The notes beneath the pieces were generated by a model, which was not told where the DNA came from, searched no databases, and saw nothing but the letters and a program-made list of their open reading frames with translations. From positions 289,912,001-289,976,000 of the forward strand of contig OZ024743.1 of the NCBI GenBank assembly GCA_964016885.1: a stretch of DNA of 64,000 bases, read 5' to 3'. Shown here one piece after another: positions 1 to 11,939 of the stretch (positions are counted from its first letter, which is position 1; each line of letters begins with the position of its first letter). This stretch comes from Eledone cirrhosa (Eukaryota). The translations under genes were made by a program, and so were the position numbers.

Positions 1-680
1 CCATTAGTGGCTGCGGAATTCTGCGCTAGAAGCAGAGAGTAAGGGCTTCATTTTGGCTGTACAATAACGCTCATATTTGAAGCCAATGCGATCAGAAAAG
101 TAACTTACTTAAAGTATCGATTCTACTATGAGTATCTTGTGACTCCTGATCACCTGCCTCCAGGCTGCAAAGTATTAGCTCCATAGGAATATTTAACGAG
201 TCATGATAGATCGTGGCAGTGTTTACACTGGGTAACACACAGGATTTACGGAATAAAAACAAAGGCTAAATTGTATAACCATCATCCAGATGCAGTTGTA
301 GGAAGCGAGAATGTGACAAACCTACGCGATTTTCACGCGAACACTGACAAAATAATCAAGGTAAAAAACTTGATATCATTTTGAAGGCCCATAACGAGAA
401 AATATGTTTCTTAATTGACATGAGCATTCCGCAAGAGCGTAAAATCTCGAAAGCGTTCAAAAAGCTCAGTAAATATGAAGGTTTGACAGCTGGAACTGAG
501 AAAATGTGACAGTTTAAAGTCTGTACAATACCAGTGATAGTCTCTGTACTTGTAATGATAACAAATGGAACTGAAATATATTTAGATCAGATAACTAGAA
601 AGCCATCTCTGCAAGAGATACTGTAAATTATGTTGAGCTGCAGTATCCATATCATGAGAAGTGCAATATCAATTAAATAC
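1..680 (+). mobile_element. Decayed 3' part of an R4/Dong-like non-LTR retrotransposon (restriction-like endonuclease region)
   Basis: Broken frames read WLRNSALEAESKGFILAVQ, YNHHPDAVVGSENV and ICFLIDMSIPQERKISKAFKKLSKYE...TIPVIVS, which is typical of RLE-type LINE C-termini. Many stops and frameshifts. Confidence 0.7.
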
Positions 681-840
681 TTTGTAAAGACATTTACTGT
701 TGTTTATGATCTTTTGACATACTTCTGTATGATAATTGATTGTAAAATGTGTACATTATCAAATTTAGCCTCGAGTGTCAGGCTGACACTCGGCATGATA
801 TAGGAAAGTAGCTGAATTCAAATGAAGTTTCAAACAATAA

Positions 841-993
841 TAATTGTTTCTACTTTAGGCACAAGGCCAGCAATTAACCAGTGCATTACTGGTACTTTAT
901 TTTATCGACCCCGTAAGGATGTAAGGCAAAGTCAACCTCGACGGGATTTGAATTCAGATCGTAAAAGGACGTAACTATGCTGGAAAGCATGGC
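841..993 (-). mobile_element. tRNA-type SINE, family A
   Basis: Minus strand matches the family core (B-box-like GAGTTCAAATCC, then GCCTTTCATCCTTACGGGGTCGATAAAATAAAGTACCAG, with a few substitutions) found in at least 5 other copies. Flanked by the direct repeat GTTTCAAACAATAATAAT (likely TSD). Confidence 0.75.
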
Positions 994-1889
994 GTTTCAA
1001 ACAATAATAATGATAATAATAAGGCAAAATAAATCAATAGTTATATCACTACAACTGCTCCATATATCAGGACTTGAATTAGAGAGTAATGACGTATATG
1101 ATGAGCGGAATACAGGAAAATGAATAAAGGAGAAAAGGCTTTTTATTTGCAAATAATACCACAGGCATCATATACAGATAAGGAAAAACAATAAACAACA
1201 TCAAAATACATAGTAATTGAGAGAATAATAACGAACATCCAAAAATGTACCAAAAACTGGAATAGTAAACAGGTCTCTAATAGTCTATACAAGGTGACAG
1301 AGAAGACATCAGCGCAGAGGAAATATAACAATGAACTAAACACTGAAAAAGAAAATCAGAAAAAAACTAAATATTGATATTATAAATGCAAAGCATCAAT
1401 TATTAATCACAAAAATGTAAGAAAAAAATGGCGAATCAAAAGATAAACATCGGATGCTGATGACTCAATAAATATCCTACACCACTGCAGCTTATATAAT
1501 TAGATGTGGTCAAACAGTTATGAGATAAGGACGAAACAGTGATAGAATTTGAATCTCAATGTGGGATTTAAATCAATAACTCAGAACAGGTATATGAATC
1601 TCGTTAGACGTTTTAATGAATCCGCCAAATTAATTTATTACTTTTAGAACTCCGAAATGTTGAAAGTCAAACTTGAGCTTACTGCATTTTCAATCCAGAG
1701 CACAGTCGCTTAAGTCGTTCTGTCCATTAATTTAACCACTTTACTAATTCACCATGATGAATACTATAAGATAATTTATCACCTGTATTTTGGCTGACCT
1801 GTCTATTTTAAAATTCTGAGTCTATCTATCCAAAAATCTATATTGAATCAGTATCTATGAACATATGGAATACTAAAATTGAAAATGTC

Positions 1890-2800
1890 CACACATATAT
1901 TTATATATGTGTGGTGTTTTGTGTCTTTTCTATATTTTCTTCAAGAGTGTGTATATTGCTATATAGGTTCAGTTATACCAGATGGTTGTTTTTACACATG
2001 GTGTATTTGGTCCTGTCATGGTGTTAAATTGAGGGTTTTTTAGTTATAATTATCTAGCTCTCAATGCTTTGAGGTTGTTATAAATGTCTCAATGCTCATT
2101 GGAGTAGTGAAGGCGTATTTTAATAAAATCTTATTACAGATCTTGTTGTATTTAACTTTTTAAAAAATCATTAGGAATTATACAAGCTACTTGTTTCATA
2201 TCGAGACAGGTTTTTAGAGGTATATTTTCGCTAGTGAGTTACTATTGGCCCTCAAATGTGCAGATAATCTGGGTGGATTGTGATTTTAGCCTTATTTGTT
2301 TCTATCTCATTGCCATGTATTCAGTTTCTAAATGAGGGACTTGGCAATTTGTTAAATTTTCTCGTTGTGTTGCAATCGTTTTTTCTAGGTACTTCGTTGT
2401 GAATTACACTGCTAACATTTGTCTTGCATATTCTGGCACTTCTTACAGTAATCGGTTTACGCTAATTTATCGGTTTGCCTCTTAGTGTGGGGCATTCAAT
2501 TTTATTTTGTGCTTCTATTGCTGTATTTTACGTATGTTTCCTTTTACTTCTGTATTGATTGTATGGATTCCATGATTCAGCGAGAATCTTATATTAATCT
2601 AATTTTATCATTGGAACCTGCCTAACATTCTGTACACATTTATATATAACATCTAACAAATTGTTAAAATATTTTTTATTTCTTCATAGAAAATATTTCT
2701 GTGTTAAGGGCAAACATTAAATTGTTATAGTAAAACTCTCACTAAGAATATTTAAACTTTCTTTGAGCGATATGCGGAAATAGTTCTCTTACAAAAAGCG
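1890..2800 (-). mobile_element. Possible highly decayed Penelope-like remnant
   Basis: Short broken peptides (PTLRGKP; LKALRAR...NPQFNT) resemble PLE RT and GIY-YIG ends. No intact ORF. Confidence 0.3.
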
Positions 2801-2870
2801 AACCCAGAGGATGACGTATTTATACAGTTCCTGCATATATATATATATATAAAGGCACACGCTCATATAT

Positions 2871-2920
<50 letters not shown>

Positions 2921-3017
2921 TATATGCATATATATATGCAAAAGTTCTATTTAAATTGTTGGGATACAACAAGCAAATATTTTTATAACTGATATAAAGC
3001 ACTCAACAAGTATATTA

Positions 3018-3082
3018 TATTTTGTCTGATGAAACCACACCATAATTTAACTTGGTGTCCTTGAAATATGTATAATGAAATA
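3018..3082 (+). ncRNA. Type I hammerhead ribozyme motif
   Basis: TATTTTGT-CTGATGA-stem II (ACACCA/TGGTGT)-GAAA-TATGTA-TA-ATGAAATA. Homologous to 25941-26006. Confidence 0.65.
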
Positions 3083-3121
3083 AATATGGTTTTATAAATA
3101 TAGTTTCCATTTGTTAATATC

Positions 3122-3167
<46 letters not shown>

Positions 3168-3176
3168 CAGATTGAA

Positions 3177-3225
3177 GTTTAAGCAAAGAATCGCTGCTTT
3201 CACCCTTAACGGGATCTTCTGAAAC
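3177..3225 (-). ncRNA. Hammerhead-like motif with CAGAAGA core
   Basis: GTTT-CAGAAGA-T-CCC gttaa GGG-T-GAAA-GCA...TGC-TT-AAAC. Near-identical copy at 47614-47662. Confidence 0.5.
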
Positions 3226-3599
3226 TAAAAAAATATCTGTGAACGCAGAAGTAAATATTTCAAAAAACGTTGCAACCGAAGGAAGACATGAAGACGATAC
3301 TTTGGTTCGTGGAAACGTTCCCTGTCAAAGAACGGAAAAAACGAAGATAATACGTCATTATTTGGAGCGGAGAAAACAATTACACGAAAATACAAAACCA
3401 CGTTTATGGTATAAATGAAGTCGTAGACTAACATTCTATTTAGGAAACCGAATGATTCTCGTCTTCAGAGTTAAGAATAAAGTAAATAAATTACAGAGGT
3501 AATTGAAATTAAATATATACATGCATGCATCCATATACGTACATACACAACCATACGCGAATACACTCGCCATGGGTATGCAAATACAAGCACGTACAC

Positions 3600-4075
3600 A
3601 GTTAGTACTAACTACAGGGTTGCACGTGTTCCTACATCTAGGTAATTTAGCTAAATTTGAAGCTGTGATGTTATGTGCAAGGTTAGGAGTCTTAGAGTAA
3701 GTGATGTTAATGGAATTTCTATTAAAAATGTTACTATATTTATGTTCTGGGGAGAAATGCATCATAATAAGGGCGAGAAAGATCTTAGCTAATGGTGTGG
3801 CCTCCTCCATATTATATGGTGTGTTATACCATATAATGTGTCGGGGTCTATTTTTCCTAGGCCTATTCTCGTACTCTGTATATGCTACCTTATCGACAAA
3901 TCCACTCCGAGCAAGAGCCTCATTGTAATATGTGGAATGGTCGTTGAAAATATGCATTTCCCGGATACGGGGCAGTCAACCCGATTCCTACAATTACAGT
4001 TATTACTAGCTGCAGGGTTGCACGTGTTACTACGGCTAGGTAACTTAGCTAACTTTGAAGTTGTGATATTATTAT
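3600..4075 (-). mobile_element. Penelope-like ORF fragment (RT thumb and CxCx5C linker), permuted
   Basis: [37 protein letters not shown] and [15 protein letters not shown] are homologous to the ORF at 39613-42083. The LAKLP..NTCNP segment occurs twice. Confidence 0.75.
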
Positions 4076-4081
4076 TATTAC

Positions 4082-4129
<48 letters not shown>

Positions 4130-4157
4130 TATATATATATTTATATATATATATATA

Positions 4158-4213
<56 letters not shown>

Positions 4214-4219
4214 TATATC

Positions 4220-4341
<122 letters not shown>

Positions 4342-4369
4342 TATATATATATATATATATACACACAGA

Positions 4370-4657
4370 AGAAGAAGAATATGCGAAGTAGTTGTCAATG
4401 TTAAAGTCCTTTATTGATAAGTTTGTGATACATATGTTAATGCCGACAAACAGTAACCATGCAATTCCATGAAACAGTTGTCGTGATCTCATCAGACAGC
4501 TTTATAACATAATAAGCTTGCGTTCTTCAGACAATCCCCACTGAAATGGCAATGGATCGGACGAAGATGAGGATTTCGAAGCGTTCACCCGGTAGACATA
4601 TGTTAGCAGTGTACCATGGAAAAGTCTAATAAAAATGGGTTCGAAAAGCGCACCTGC
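4370..4657 (-). mobile_element. Diverged PLE 3' end with decayed hammerhead
   Basis: AAGCTGT-CTGATGA-GATCACGAC... is similar to the end of the 51.5-54.1 kb element. GAAA is lost. Flanked by (TA)n. Confidence 0.45.
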
Positions 4658-4671
4658 TATATATATATATT

Positions 4672-5950
4672 CGCTCATCTCGAATTTTGTTTATCGTGAA
4701 CTCGTGCGCCGATTTTTCGATACTCGATTATTCTACTATATTTAGCTCTAGACTTAGCTATTGACCAGTTAATTTTATTGTTCATTTTTTGTCGATTCTA
4801 TTAAATGATGAATAGCCCCTGTTTATTTTAACATGTCTATTGAGCACTCTTATTCGACATGTGTTTTTGCCACACTTTTCCGAATATTTTTGCGGATATA
4901 AAGGTTATCTCCCTTGCTGAAATCCATGTGCGTATTTTTAGCCTGGGTCTTGTCTTTCCATCCATTCGGACGAAGCTCGTTCATAAAGTAACTCCAGTCC
5001 CCCGCTATCTGTAAGTCTTATATTTTTATATGAGCTGATAGATGGCGGTTTAAGGATTTACAGAAACCCAAGAAGCTAGATATTCCATCTCTCTAGCGGG
5101 TCCGGGTATGCATTTTACATTCATTTCATTTATTGATTTATTGATAATTTATCTGAGTGTCCCGAATCTTCCATATCGAACTTATCGGTTATTTGGTTGA
5201 TTGTAGACATATTCTACGTGTGACGGTATTTAACGATAGTTATAGCTCTAATTTATTTGAATTATAGAGCCCTCTGCCGCTCATCTCGAATTTTGTTTAT
5301 CGTGAACTCGTGCGCCGATTTTTCGATACTCAAGTATTCTACTATATTTAGCTCTAGACTTAGCTATTGACCAGTTAATTTTATTGTTCATTTTTTGTCG
5401 ATTCTATTAAATGATGAATAGCCCCTGTTTATTTTAACATGTCTATTGAGCACTCTTATTCGATATGTGTTTTTGCCACACTTTTCCGAATATTTTTGCG
5501 GATATAAAGGTTATCTCCCTTGCTGAAATCCATGTGCGTATTTTTAGCCTGGGTCTTGTCTTTCCATCCATTCGGACGAAGCTCGTTGATAAAGTAACTC
5601 CAGTCCCCCGCTATCTGTAAGTCTTATATTTTTATATGAGCTGATAGATGGCGGTTTAAGGATTTACAGAAACCCAAGAAGCTAGATATTCCATCTCTCT
5701 AGCGGGTCCGGGTATGCATTTTACATTCATTTCATTTATTGATTTATTGATAATTTATCTGAGTGTCCCGAATCTTCCATATCGAACTTATCGGTTATTT
5801 GGTTGATTGTAGACATATTCTACGTGTAACGGTATTTAACGATAGTTATAGCTTTAATTTATTTGAATTATAGAGCCCTCTGCCGCTCATCTCGAATTTT
5901 GTTTATCGTGAACTCGTGCGCCGATTTTTCGATACTCGATTATTCTACTA
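4672..5950. repeat. Tandem repeat, 606-bp unit, about 2.1 copies
   Basis: CGCTCATCTCGAATTTTG starts at 4672, 5278 and 5884. Units differ at only a few positions. (TA)n on both sides. Confidence 0.95.
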
Positions 5951-5969
5951 TATATATATATATATATAA

Positions 5970-6720
5970 ATGGATCTTTATACCATGTACAAAAAAGTTG
6001 ATGTTTCGCAAAGTTTGCCCTCTTTGTTTTTAGATTTCTAAATCAATTCTTTTTAAGTTTAATTGCTATTTTACGATTGCATGGTTTGGGTCGATTCTGT
6101 TCGTTCTTTTGACGCTTTAGTAGGTAAACAGAATTTTTATAGATTTGTGACAAGGGGTGAAACGCTACTTTCTTTTAGTTTTGTAAAAAAATTGTTGTGA
6201 TTTTAAAATTGGTTCGAATTTTCTAATAGACATATTCTCTTTGTAAATTCTACCTTGTTGTTTGATTTCATAATCACATTAATATAATCGGAAAACATCA
6301 AAACCGTGTAGCGTCCCCACCACAGCATTCTTCTATATGTTTGCTTAGAGGGATCTTCCTAGTATACGGGGTTCTGATTCGTTGTCTATGGACAATTATT
6401 CTTTTTCTAAGTGTTATCCCTCTCTGTCCTATATAATGCTGGTGGCAACCTCGGCAGGTAATGACGTAAATTAAGTTTTCCGAGTTGCACGAGGAGTGAT
6501 TATTAATGTTGAAGATGGATCCGTCTTCCAATAAGCAATTTCACATTCCGCAATGAGGTTGGTTACCTCTTTTCACGTGACGTTCTACAATTGTGATTTG
6601 CAGCTCTGCCCTTGTTACTATTTAAAAAGAATAATTTTGGCTTAATAGGATATTTTTGTAGGACATTGTTCATATTCTTGTCCTTTTGAATTTGCAATAT
6701 TGTGTTCTGCAGTTACAACA
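5970..6720 (-). mobile_element. Penelope-like element 3' half (Neptune-like GIY-YIG endonuclease), decayed
   Basis: ORF 6298-6531 reads SCNSENLIYVITCRGCHQHYIGQ...LRKRIIVH...HIEEC, preceded by a Cys linker (PHCGM*NC). Decayed HHR-like GCAAA c TTTGC GAAACATC near 6000-6025. Confidence 0.75.
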
Positions 6721-6724
6721 CTGA

Positions 6725-7745
6725 TAATTCACATTCTGTCTTCGTCAACATCTAAAACATAAACATACACATACCGACTATAATTAAATATGGAATGATA
6801 CGCGATGGTGAAGGCGTTTCCACTGAGGACGGCAAGGGATGCGCGCTGGAAAAGCCAATGCAACTCGCGGGGCTCACACCTGCAGCTGGCCAGCTCAGCA
6901 CCTATGGTGGTGAGTGGGTAGGTAGCCCTAGGGCCGAGGACGCCAGAAGTCTCCACTGCCAGGGGTACAACCAGAAACCTGTCGGAGGGCGACCGGTATT
7001 TGAAGAGTTTAGCCTCCTCAACCCGACGTGCAGCAGAACCCGGGTTAATCGGAGACTGCTCCAGGTTGTGGCTGCAGAAAGTGTCGGTGCAAGTTGCATC
7101 CCAGACGAGGCATTTGCCACCGCGGCATGGTCATGCCATCTGGCCTTTTGCCGTCCCCTCGGTCCAGCCCCACCGGAGGCCTGCAGCGTCCAAGCCATGC
7201 TTTATGACCTCCTTGACACTGTGGCTACAGGAAAGCAGGTGGAGGCCGAAAGGGTCCCCGATGTATCCGCAGCCACATTGGTGTGGCTCACAAATCCGGA
7301 GGCCGAGCCTCAAGGAAACGCCAATGCGCAGGCTATTATTGTCTAGCTGCGTGCCAGTGGAGAAGGAGGGCAGAGCATGGAGCCAGGCACCACTGTGGGG
7401 TTTGGAGGCCGCACGAAAATAGGCAAGGTGGTGCTGGTCGTGCTGGTGCGTGAGCCTGTCTGAGGCCAGGCTGCACTGGATTGCATCCCAAGTGCTTTGG
7501 GGGGAATTGAGATCAACAGGGGGAGAAGGAGGAGGAACGTCTACTGGGCTGAGTCCCAGCCGGTCCCACGTCTCACAGGCGGCCTCACGTTCTCTGAACA
7601 CAGAGAGCTCTATTGTGTTTAGAAGAACCCTGCTGACGAGGACGCGGCACGATTTACCGTCGAAAGATACGCCAGCAAAGCCAGTGAGATCGGGGACCGA
7701 AGGCCAAGGCCGCCATACCTGACAGGTAAAGTGGCCTATTGCCAT
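6725..7745 (-). mobile_element. CRE-like non-LTR retrotransposon C-terminal fragment (zinc knuckle and RLE), nested in a PLE
   Basis: GC-rich block encoding SGAWLHALPS..GTQLD...RIGVSLRLG...HQCGCG...GLHLLSC and METSGVLGP...WLFQRASLAVLSGNA. Confidence 0.75.
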
Positions 7746-7764
7746 CCTTTTGAATTATGTGCAG

Positions 7765-8135
7765 GTTTAGATGTGTGTGTGTAAAGATATCTGTGTTTTG
7801 GGTTTTGAAGGTTGAGTTATATGGTATGAGTTTTTTTGTCTTTCCTTATTTGGTTTTGTTTCTCGGAGGATTTGAATATTAATTATTATTTGCTTTTTGA
7901 ATGTATCATCGATATTTAGAGGGTATTTTCTCTTGATGAGTACTTCTTTCACATCCTCTAGTCAGTGGTCCCTTGTTGTTGTGTTTGAAATTACTGTGCA
8001 TATTCGCTTATCTAGGTTGAGTGGAATGTTGGTGCATGTATGAGTTGGGTGAGCAGATGCGAAGACTGCCGGGAGTCGGCGGGTTTGAAAAATATGTCAG
8101 TTTCTAGTTTTGTTTCTTTTTGTTATTTGTATGTC
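7765..8135 (-). mobile_element. Penelope-like RT C-terminal fragment (upstream part of the 5970-6720 element)
   Basis: ETDIFFKPADS, KRICTVIS and KEVLIKRKYP resemble the PLE RT thumb. Collinear with the GIY-YIG fragment across the CRE-like insertion. Confidence 0.6.
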
Positions 8136-8495
8136 CAAGAAAGGGAGTTTTTCGTTACTAAATTCCTAACCTTCAGTCCATCACATTCTACCCCACCTCA
8201 TTCTCTTTCTATCCAACGCCTCACTACCAGCCCCTTAACCACCTTTAATCAACACCCCTCCCCAAATAATCTTTCATTACTGAAGCTGTCAAAATTACCT
8301 GCTTTTCCGACTCGTTTCTTACGAATGAAACGTTTCTAGTCTTGTAGAAATCATTCCTATAATACAATTAATATTTACACTATTATCATATTGAGCAACT
8401 TTTTTAACTGTGTTCACCTCCCAATATACATCGGGGATCTATCTTTCGCTCTTTCTCTCTGCCTCACTCTCGCATTCTCTCTCTCTCGCTATATA

Positions 8496-8608
<113 letters not shown>

Positions 8609-9135
8609 TCACAATAAGAACGAAGTATATATAATTCAATCGACTAATGTTTTAAGTGTATGTGCTGCTCTATATATATTTGGGTTAGTGTAACTTTCAA
8701 GATTCTACTACCAAACAAAGACAATATTCTCTTAAATAAAACAATAAAAACACTGTTGACTTGAATATTTTGACCAAACCAATAAACACTATGAGTCATC
8801 AGTAATGAAATTTACTATATAGAGACAAGATGGTAAAGATTTTATGTCAACTGAGACTACATATATCATATAAGTGTTATAAAATGGTGTGAACTGAATT
8901 TAAACTACTCTTTACACACATAGATTAAAAAAAATCCGTATATACTTGCAGAAATAAATACGGATATCTATCTAAATAACTGACTCTTTCTCTCTCTGTT
9001 TTTATATATAAATATATATATGTGTGTGTGTTGTGTGTATGTTGTTTGTCTACTCGATTTCTAGTTTGACAACACACAGACGCGCGCGCGCAACACACAC
9101 ACACACACAAACATATATATTTATGTATATATATA

Positions 9136-9309
<174 letters not shown>

Positions 9310-11289
9310 AGAGATAGAGAGATAGAGAGAGAGAGAGGAGGATATACATATATATAGAGAGAGAGAAAATCATTGTATGAAAGAGGTGAGAAGCAGAAGA
9401 ACTTGTGTAAACTTCAATAATTTCGTCTGTATGTCAATTTTGTATTGACAACATCTGCGACTGCATTTATTATTCTCATCGTTTTCTCACACTTGAATAC
9501 TGATAAGTATATACTTACTCATGCCTACACATACACCTGAACATAACGTAGAAATTTAAGCCTAAACCATCTCACTCATCCCCCTTCATAAGAGGCTGTG
9601 ATGAGCGAGATTGTTTAGATTTGACGTATAGGGCAGCAATAAAATTCGGTCTTCACCACTTAGTTGTAAAAAGTTTGCATTTGGTCTCGCATTGTTTTGG
9701 TGCATACTAATTTTTTATGACAGCACTGATCTATGTGATAATGATTAGACGCAGGTACAACACATTTAGTTAATGTTTAGAAGGGCCACAACAATGACCT
9801 ATATATCATATAAAATAAAAACAATAGAACGATTCTGAAACAGCCATTAATGAGTACGATTTAGTTAGGTATATCGTAGAAAGTGTACAACCTTGTTTTA
9901 CTATATCATATATTATAATTGTCAAAAAAACTTAACTGAGGCAATCATCAATATAACCGCCTCTATCACAACCTACTGTCTGCTTTTAATACTGAGTAAA
10001 ATTAGAACTATCTTCTCGTGAAATTATTGAAGGGAGTTATCATTCCACATACACGTTTACACTTAAATTAGTTTTCGGGAACATAGCGAGTAGCAGGAAT
10101 GGCTACTGAATTACAAGACATATCTATCTGTAAAACAGATACCGTCCACCCAAATTCATACAAAGGTCTTGGGTCCAGCCAATGTAGTATCATTCAGTTT
10201 GAAGCTCAGGCATATACATGAAGAGCATAACTCTATTAGGTAATGTATTTTTTTCAATGTCTATATTCGAGTACCACCTCTTTCAAATAAATACCTCGGG
10301 AATGTACACAACTATACTTGCGTATCTTTCAGGCCTCAAATGCACTGTGTAAATCTTTTTTCTGAAGGCTGTGAATATCACTTGCTTTTCCGTTTGAATT
10401 TCATCTGCCACCTTTTCTGCTTCAATAAGATTTTGAGTTAAATAATGAAGGCAAGAGCAAAAATGTCCGACAAATACGTAAGGTATGGAGAGGAGCAACC
10501 CGATACATGTTCAGATATTCTGAAGAATTACCTGGAAAATTGTTCAATTAGGTTTCCAGCCACTCGAGAAATATGATGGATTGTTTCGCGACAGTTTTCA
10601 TATTTCTCCCATTTCCGTGTTTCTTAGCAATTTAATTGACCACTGCGAAAGCTTATATTGAAATGACACACAGACAGGAATACAATATGTGTGCCACTTT
10701 AAGACCTGTATCCATCTAAACAATGTTCACGAAAAATCTTGCGAAGCTTTTCAAATTATCAGGAACATATCTGCTAAGTTTCATGCAAAATATATTGTCG
10801 GCACAATGCTTAAAAATGTCAAGAATCTTAACCAAACCCGGATCGTTCTCATTTAAAATTACACACATTTCCGTAACAACTGAACATACATCCAATCAGC
10901 TGCCTCACTTTGTAGGCTGTCTGCCATTGATTTTCAGCCACGTACATATTTTTATCATATATTACAATTGCTTGAAGTGCAGTCAGGAGACATTATCATG
11001 GATCAAATTTGTGAATGTTGGTGTATGTTACTCTGTATGTGTAGATGGTAAACGCAAAGCAATATATGCAATTGTTATTAGTAAAGAGTGTCGTTCATTA
11101 AACTTTCTAACAATCACATATGCTCCCCGATAAACTGGGCACTACGACGGTTACTACGACGAATGCTCCAGCTGAAACGATCAATGGAACAGCTTCCTAG
11201 TTAAATTAATGTGCTGTTGGCTGAGCACCAGATGAGAACGAATGTTCTTCACGAGGTGAAGAGTACGTCCCCCGCTGTGTGGACTGGTG

Positions 11290-11392
11290 GTGCAGCGTGA
11301 AATAAAATGTCTTGCTTGAAGATACACCGGAGTGCTGGGATTTGAAGTTACAACCTTACGATCGAGTGTCAATTACACTAGCCACCACACCT
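11290..11392 (-). mobile_element. tRNA-type SINE, family B (decayed)
   Basis: Similar to 55345-55451 (GTGAAATAAA.TGTCTTGCT..AG; TTACAACCTTACGAT). Confidence 0.45.
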
Positions 11393-11939
11393 CTCCGATA
11401 TACACTCAGGTAATATATACCGAAATATTGTAGGAAATTAATAAAATCTTTATTGAAATAAAGTCATTAACAGTTTCAGAATATATCGATGCGGATCGTC
11501 AGTTAATCAAGTTTATATATGACGGCTCCTGTCTCTCTAATTGATAGTTAATATCAATTCTATAATATCTATCAAAGAATGTTAGAAAATTCGTGATATT
11601 AAATTCTGTCAGGAGCACAAGGTAATGTATATTCGATTGTTGAGAAGTGATACAAGTCTTTGGCTTTTCCTCGTATAGTTGTGGGTTCGATTCATGGATC
11701 GTTTGATTCTTGGACAATATATTTTATTGTACGATGTTTCATTTCAGCCAGAGGGAAATAATTGAATGCCAGCAGCTGAAGATTGCGCTTATATCTGAGA
11801 GGGAGTGGCGTCTAATTCGGCTGAGTACATTTTCTTTTCTCAGCTGCTGAATGTCTCTGAAAATGAAAGACAAAAAACGTCCATTTTCGTAATTGATCTC
11901 AGAATTGAATGTATATATGGCAATCGATTCTGGCTAAAC

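Noticed and set aside
1457-1500. CTGATGA as a hammerhead; also at 57175 and 58262
   Set aside because: No convincing stem II, GAAA and stem I arrangement.
6795-7422. Plus-strand ORFs of 140-183 aa
   Set aside because: Antisense shadows of the GC-rich CRE-like element on the minus strand.
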